Positions 54,895-64,000 of a DNA stretch of 64,000 nucleotides are shown here, one piece after another. Position 1 is the first letter of the stretch, and the number at the start of each line of letters is the position of its first letter. The notes beneath the pieces are model-generated. The model was not told the DNA's origin, did no database searches, and saw only the letters and a program-made list of their open reading frames with translations. This DNA is from the human T2T-CHM13v2.0 reference genome, Homo sapiens: NCBI RefSeq assembly GCF_009914755.1, contig NC_060926.1; one strand, written 5' to 3'. The position numbers and the translations under genes are program-made.

Positions 54895-57780
54895 TTTCTT
54901 TTTTTTACTGACATAATTCACATACCACAAAATTCACTCTTTAAAAATACACAATTCAGTAATTTTACAAAATTGTGCAACCATTACCACTATAATAAAT
55001 TCTAGAACATTGTTTGAGAATGTTCTAGAAACACCATAGGTCTAGAAACTCCTTACCCTCACTCCTTACCCTTTCCAGACCTTAGGTAAGGTAGAAACCT
55101 TCATACTCACTATAATACTCATCCTAGTTCTCATATATACTCATCCTCATTCTACCTTACCTAAGGTCTTCATACTCACTAGGATGAGTATTATAGTGAG
55201 TATGAAGGTTTCTACCTTACCTAAAGTCTGCAAACACTTTACCCATTAGCAGTCACTCCATATTCTGCTTCTTGCCCAGCACCTGGCAACCACTAATCTA
55301 CTTTGTCTCTGTGGATTTACCTACTCTGGACAGTTTATGTCAATGGAATTATACGTGTCCTTTTGTGTCTGGCTTCTTACATTCAACGTAATATTTTCCA
55401 GATTTGTCCATATTGTAGCATATGTTGGTACTTTGTCCCTCCTTATGGCTAAATAATATTTCATTATATAGATATACAACATTTATTTATCCATATATCA
55501 GTTGATGGACATTTGAATTGTTTCCACTCTTTAGCTATTGTGAACAAAGCTAGACGTGAATATTTGCATACAAATTTTTTTTTGTAAATATACTTTCAGT
55601 TCTCCTTAGTATATACCTAGGAGTAACACCATTTCTCCTCAGTCATATGGTAACTCTATATTTAACTTTCTTAAGAACTGCCAAATGTCTTCCAAAATGG
55701 CCGTTAACATTTTTCATTCTTACCAGCAATGTATGAGGATTCCAATTTCTCCGTGTCATTGACAGTGCTTATTATTCTCCTTGTTTATTATACTCATCCT
55801 AGTGAGTATAAAGTGTGTCTCATCTCATTGTGGTTTGATTTGCATTTACCTAAGGACTAATGATGTTGAACATCCTTTCGTGTATGTCTATTTGGAGAAA
55901 TGTCTATTCAGATCATTTATTTTTGTAGTAACAGCTTCATTGATAAATTTGATTCAAATACCACACAATTCATCCATTTAAAGTGTGCAATTCAATAGTT
56001 TTTGGTACATTTTTGTACATTTAGTACATTCTGTATTTAGTACATACAACCACCATCAGTAACAAATTTCAGAATATTTTCGTCACCTCAAAAAGAAATC
56101 CCCTGCTCTTTAACTGTAACCCCATCTACCCTGCACTGCCTTTCCCCTAACCCTGAGGAAGCACTTTTCTACTTTCTGTCTCTATAGATTTACCTATCTG
56201 GACATTTCATATAAATGATACTCTGTAATATGAGGTCTTTTGTGTCTGGCTTCTTTCACTTAGCATAATGTTTCCAGGGTCATCCATACTGTACTATTAT
56301 GTATCAGGACTTTATTTCCTTTTATGGCTGTATAATATTTCATTGTATGGATATACCACAGTTTGTTTATTCATCTGTTGATAGACATTTAGATTGTTTC
56401 CACCTTTTGACTGTTAGGAATATTGCAGCTATGAATAGTCATGTACAATTTTGTGTTTGAACACCTGTTTTTCAGTTACACATCTAGAGTAGAATTCCGG
56501 AGTCATACGGTAATTCTGCTTTTAACCTTTTAAGGAACTGCCAAACTGTTTTCTACAACCACTGCACCATTTTCTATTTCTCCCAGTAATGAGTGAGGGT
56601 TTTTATTTCTTTACACTCTCATGGTATTTCACTGTACTTTTTTTTTTTTTTTTTTTTGAGACAGGGTCTTGCTCTGTCACCCAGGTTGGAGTGCAGTGGC
56701 ACAAGCACAACTCATTGCAGCCTCAAACTTAGGCTCAAACGATCCTCCCACCTGAGCTTCCTTAGTAGCAGGGACTACAGGCACATGCCACCATGCTCGG
56801 CTAAGTTTTTTTTCATTTCTGGGAGAGACAAGGTGTCACTGTGTTGCCCAGGCTGGTCTTCGAACTCCTGAGCTCAAGCGAGCCTCCCATCCCAGCCTTC
56901 CAAAGTGCTGAAATTACAGGTGGGAGCCACCACACCCAGCCTCAGTGTACTTTTGATTTGCATTTCTCTAATGATTAAGAATGTTGGGGATTTTTTCATG
57001 TGTTTGTTGGCCATTCGTGTAACTTCTTTGGATAAATGTCTATTCAAGTCCTTTGCTCATTTTTTATTTTATTTTCTTATTTTTTAGAGACATTATTGCT
57101 CAATCACCCAGGCTGGAATGCAGTGGCACAATCATAGCTCACTGTAACCTTGAACTCCTGGGCTTAAGTGATCCTCCTGCCTCAGCCCTCTGAGTAGCTA
57201 GGATTACAGGCACACACCACCCTGCCCAGCTAATTTAAAAAAAAAAAGTTTATTTTATTTTATTTTTTTAGAGATGGGGTCTCACTAAGTTGCTCAGACT
57301 GGTCTCAAGCTCCTAGCCTCAGGCAATCCTCTTACCTTGGCCCTAAAAAGTGTTGGGATTACAGGTGTGACCTACTGTGCCTGCCCACCCCATTTATTTT
57401 TATTTCTTTTTTTTTTCTAATCCCATGACAGATTACCCATTTTTAAATTGGGTTTACTTTATTGTTGAATTGTAGGAGTCCTTGATTGAATATCAATTCT
57501 TAATACTAGACTCTTACCGAATACATGATTTGAAAATATTTTTTCCCATTCTGTGGATTGTCTTTTCACTTTCTTAGTGATCAGCCTTTTGATGCATAAA
57601 AATTCTTTGTTTTGACGAAGTCTAATTTATCTACTTTTCTTAGGTTGTCTGTGCTTTTAGTGTTTTATATAAGAAACCATTGTGAAATTCAAGATCATAA
57701 TGATTAACAGTTGCATAGCTTTGGCTAGAACTTCCAGTATAGGAAACATATTTAGATCTTCTGTCTATTTTCAGTTAATT
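54895..57780 (-). mobile_element. Two L1MB-type 3' fragments with nested AluJ-like copies (56638-56941, 57060-57386)
   Basis: ataattcacataccacaaaattcac...; cattagcagtcactcc; aggaactgccaaactgtttt. Confidence 0.78.
55076..55230. repeat. 53-bp inverted repeat (52/53 complementary) with a 49-nt spacer
   Basis: Arms at 55076-55128 and 55178-55230. Confidence 0.95.
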
Positions 57781-57785
57781 TTTTC

Positions 57786-58190
<405 letters not shown>

Positions 58191-58266
58191 CTATGTTACA
58201 ACAGCATAAAAGATTTAAAAACCTAGGAAACAATTTAACCAAGGAGGCAAAAGACTTGTACACTGA

Positions 58267-58660
<394 letters not shown>

Positions 58661-60897
58661 TGGTTTTTTCTGCATTCTATAAGATTTTCTATATACATGA
58701 TTATGGCATCTGTGAATAGCGATAGTTTTACTTCCTTATTTCCAGTTGGGAAGTTTTTATTTCTTTTTCTTACCTGATTGCTTTGGCTAGAACTTCCAGT
58801 ACAGTGTTGAACAGAAGAGACAAAAACTGACATTCTTATTTTATTCCTGAAAGGGATAAAGGGAAAGCTTTCAGTCTTTCACCATTGAGTGTTGTGTGTA
58901 TGTTTTTCATATATGCCCTTTACCATACTGTGGAAATTCCATTCTATTCTGTTTGTTTTTATCATGAAAAAGTGTTGCATTTTTGTTATATGCTTTTTCT
59001 GCATCAGTTGAGATGCTCATCAATTGAGATTTTTTCCTTCTTTCTGTTAATATGGTGTGGTTTTCTGATGTTGAACCACTCTTGTGAACTTCTAGAACAA
59101 ATCCTACTTGGTCATGTTATATAAGCTTTTTAATATTCTTCTCGATGCAGTTTGATAACATTTTTTTTAGGACTTTTGTATATATATTCATCAGGGATAT
59201 TGGTCTGTAGGTTTCTCCAACTCCTGGCCTTAAGCAGTACTTCTACCTCAGCCTCCCAAATTGCTGGGGATTATAGCTGTGAGCCACCATGCCTGGCTGG
59301 TTTGTAATTTTCTTACAATGTCTTTATTTGACTTTGGTGACAGGGCAATAGTGTTGGCCTCATAGCATGATTTAGGAAGTGTTCCTTCTTCTGCTGTGTT
59401 TTGGAAGAGATTGAGAAGGATTATTGTTAATTCTTTAAATATTTGGTAGAATTCACCAGTGAAGCTATGGTCCTGGGCTTTTCTTTGTTGGAAAGTTTTT
59501 GATTACTGATTCAATCTCTTTACTTGTTGTAAGTCTATTCAGATTTTCCATTTCGTCTTAAGTCAGTTTTGGTAATTTGTTTTCAGGAATGTTTGCATTT
59601 CACCTAGGTGATTTAATTTACTGGAGTAAATTGCTCATAGTATTTTCTTCAAATCCTTTTTATTTGTTTTTTACTGAGAGGTTTCACCCTTTTTAATTTC
59701 TGATATTAGTTGAATCTTTTCTTCCTCATAAGTCTAGCTAAATATTTGTCAATCTTGTTGATCTTTCAGTGGACTAACTTTTGGATTTAAGTTTTTCTTA
59801 AGTTCTTTGTTTTTCTAGTTCCTTAAGGTGTAAAGTTAGGTTATTGATTTTAAGATCTTATTTTTAAATGTAGGGATTTACAGCTATAAATTTTATTCTG
59901 AGCGTTGCTTTTGCTGCATTTCAAATATTTTGGTATTTTTTTCATTCATCTCAAATTATTTTCTAATTTCCCTTGTGATTTCTTCCTTTATTGTTTTTTG
60001 AGAATGTTTTATTTAATTTCTGTATTTATGAATTTTCCAGTTTTCCAATTAAGTTATTTATAATTTCATTCATTATGGTAAGAGAAGATATGTGGTATGA
60101 CTTTAGTCTCTTTAAATGTATTGAGATTTGTTTTGTGGCCTAACACATGCAGTCTAGTAGAGAATGTTTTGTATGTTCTTGAGAAGAATGTACATGTACA
60201 TTCTGCAGTTATTAGGTGGAGTGTTCTATATATGTTCATTAGGGCTCATTGGTTTATATTATTGTTTAATTCTATTTCCTTATTGATCTTTTCTCTGGTT
60301 GTTCTACCCATAATGATGAATGGAAGTGAAATATTTAAATATCAAGTTACTATTATAGAATTGTCTATTTTCCCCCCTCAGTTCTTTACATATTTTGCTT
60401 CATATATTTGGGTCTCTGTTGATAGTTCTGTATATGTTTGTAATTGTTATATCTTCTTGATGGATTGAATCTTTTATCAATGTATAATGTGTCTCTTTGT
60501 CTTTTGTCCTTTATCTTTTGATTTGAAGTCTATTTGTCTGATATTAGTATAGCAACCACAGCTGTCTTTTGGTTACTATTTGCATTGAATATCTTTTTCT
60601 GTCTTTTCAGTTTCAATCTATTCACATCTTTGGATCATAGTGAGGCTTGTAGATAACATACAGATGGATCATTTTAAAAAATTCTTTCTGCCACTCTCTA
60701 CCATCGTAATTTTACTTTAATCCACTTACATCTAAAGTGATTACTGATAAAGGACTTCTTCCATTGTAGTATTTGTTTTCTGTATGTCTTTTGTCAATTT
60801 TGTTCCTCAGTTTCTCCATTACTGTCTTCTTTGTTTAACGTTTTTTTTTTTCATGAGCATACCCCTTGATTTCCTTTGCATTTCCTTCCCTATATGT

Positions 60898-61222
<325 letters not shown>

Positions 61223-61389
61223 TAAAAATTTATCCTTTAGTGGTTATTTTGGAATCAAATTAGCATCTTATACAGCCTAGTTTGAATTAATACTATATAT
61301 AGCTTCAATACTCTGCAAAACCTTTGTTCTCCTGTATGTGTGTGTTTCTGCCCCTTTATTTTGTTATTGTCACAAATTACATGTTTATG

Positions 61390-61733
<344 letters not shown>

Positions 61734-62556
61734 TTATGTATTTATCGTTTAAATAATAGTGGAATAAAAGAGAAGTTATACCCAAATTGTAAAATACTTA
61801 CTTTTATGCTTACCTGTTTAATTACCTTTACCAGTAATTTTCTCTATTTTTCTTTATATGGTTTCGAGTTACTGGGTAGTATTCTTTTCTTTCAGCTTGA
61901 AGATTCCCTTTAGCATTTTATGTAAGGAATATCTACCTGTAAGAAACTTTCTTGGCTTTTGTTTATCTGAGAATGTCTTAATTTCGCCTTCATTCTTGAA
62001 GGTTAGTTTTGTTGAATATAGAATTCTTAGTTGACAGGGTACTTTCTTTCAGTGCTTTTAAATATGTCATCCCATTGCCTTCTGGTCTGCATGGTTTCTA
62101 ATGAGAAGTTGGCTTTTACTCTTATGAGGATCCTTGTACATGATGAGTCGTTTCTGTCTTGCAACTTTCGAGAATCTCTCTTTGTTTTTGTCTTTTGACA
62201 GTTTAATTAATATGTCTGTTGGGGATCTCTTGAGTTTATCCTGTGGAGTTCATTGAGCTTCTTAGATGTGTAGATTCATGTCTTTTATCAAACCTATTGA
62301 ATTTTCAAGTATTATTTATTCAAATAATCTTTCTATCCCTTTCTCTTCTCCTTATAGAACTCCTGTAATACGTATATTAATATGCTTGATTATGTCCCAC
62401 AAGTTTCTCAAGCTCTGCTCATTTTTTTCATTATTTTTTCTTTCACCTCCTGATACTGAATAATCTCAGTTAACCTGTCTTTAAGTTCACTGACTATTCT
62501 GCCTGCTTGAATCTGCTATTGAAATCCTCTAGTGATTTTTTTATTAAAAAAAAAAA

Positions 62557-64000
62557 ATGGAGACACAGAAGCTGGGCAGCCTCCATGGGGCTTCCACACA
62601 CTGGGGCTTGCTTCCGGCCCCCAGCAACTCCAAGGGGATGAGTGAATTTAACTGGCAAGGAGCAATCTGCTGTCACCCTGGGCCTCTGGAATCCTGGCAG
62701 GAAGAGGCCCCACGACCACCACGGACACTCGAGTTGCAGGGAAAGCTGCTTAGAGAAGTGGTGGGGCAGCAAGCCAGCTGATGTGGAGCCCAGAGGGTTT
62801 GGTGCAGGAGCATCTATTGTGGAGCATGGCCAAGGACAGCCATCCCCCTAGGGTCAACTTGCTCCCATAGGAAACTTTAGCCCGAGGAGAACTATCAGAC
62901 CTGAACTCTGCAGGGCGATCTTGTCCATCAGGTAGGGCTGCTCTGAACTGAGCACCCCTTGGTCTGATGGTCCCCCAGGACCCCAGCCTGGCCATACCTG
63001 CTTGCCGGGAAGCCTCTGGCGTCCTTGGAGCCAGCATCCTGGCTTTTGCACTGGCAGACTGTGCCTGACTTGCAGAGAGTTCCTGTAGGGCGGTCCCCAC
63101 GGCCATGCACCAGCCTGCCCACTCCCTCCCCACACTTCAGCTTCCCCCTGGGGCTACAGCAGTGCCCCACATCGCTTTGCTAGCATGTGTGTGCATGGGC
63201 TGGCTTTGTTTCCTTGCCCCACCAGTGCACCTATGTCCATGCACCCTGCCCTGCCACTGCTGCAGCAGGAGGGCATGTCTCTCCCGTGTCCCATCAACTG
63301 CCACTGCAGTCACAACCTTGGCAAGCACAGGGCCAGCCAGCACTGTGGCAGGAGTGAAAATAGGCATGGAGAACAGCAGATTCTCCCCCATCACGAGCAA
63401 CCACCCCTGCCTGCAGTGCACAGAGAAAGCACACAGACCTGTATTACATAACAGTAAAGGGTTCAGTTCAACAAGAAGAACTAACTATCCTAAATATATA
63501 TGCACCCAATACAGGAGCACCCAGACTCGGAAAGCAAGTTCTTAGAGACCTTCAAATAGACTTATACTCCCACACAGTAATAGTGGGAGACGTCAACAGC
63601 CCACTGATAGTATTAGACACATCATCGAAGCAGAAAATCAACAAAGATATTCAGGGCCTGAATTCAGCACTGGGTCAAATGGACCTAATAGACATCTACA
63701 GAACTCTCCACCCCAAAATAACAATATACATTCCTCTCATCACTGCATGGCACATACTCTAAAGTTGATTACATAATCGAACATAGAGTATTCCTCAGCA
63801 AATGTAGAAGAACTGAAATCAGAACAGCCACTCTCTCAGACTACAGCACAATCAAATTAGAAATCAAAACTAAGAAATTCTCTCAAAACCATACAGTTAC
63901 ATGGAAATTAAATAACCTGCTCCTGAATGGCTTTTGGGTATATAATAAAAATAAGGCAGAAGTCAAGAAGTTACTTGTAGCTAGTGAGAACAAAGATATG
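62557..64000 (+). mobile_element. Older primate L1: GC-rich 5'UTR (to about 63440) joined directly to the ORF2 endonuclease region; runs off the window
   Basis: ctaactatcctaaatatatatgcacccaatacaggagcacccaga is L1 ORF2 EN; the upstream GC-rich segment resembles an L1P 5'UTR. Confidence 0.78.

Noticed and set aside
62557-63440. GC-rich block with several ORFs, possible promoter or gene
   Set aside because: CpG-poor and contiguous with L1 ORF2; best explained as an L1 5'UTR.

Overview
Primate genomic DNA, almost certainly human, judged by the Alu, L1PA/L1M, L2, MIR, MER and MLT content. The window covers the middle of EPB41L5 (band 4.1-like protein 5, FERM family) on the + strand. Base 1 falls in the last 4 nt of one exon. 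Six further in-frame GT-AG exons of the long isoform follow (6983-7025, 7438-7553, 34429-34592, 38366-38463, 49748-49876, 52969-53033). An alternative terminal exon at 10799 encodes the short isoform's 60-aa C-terminus ending in -TEI. The rest is intron, mostly transposon relics, including a full-length sense-strand L1MA with a target-site duplication. None of the supplied ORFs is a real gene: they are Alu/L1 read-throughs or chance frames. I see no new multi-gene system. The notable unexplained structures are: (1) a 53-bp near-perfect inverted repeat built from locally templated fragments; (2) an Alu-mediated inversion/deletion; (3) a probable L1 3' transduction of about 1.6 kb; (4) a 44-bp self-complementary direct repeat bracketing two in-frame exons; (5) a dense set of splice and polyA control elements around the isoform switch. 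Repeat subfamily calls and boundaries are by eye and approximate. Gene and isoform identity is from recall of the protein sequence, not a search.
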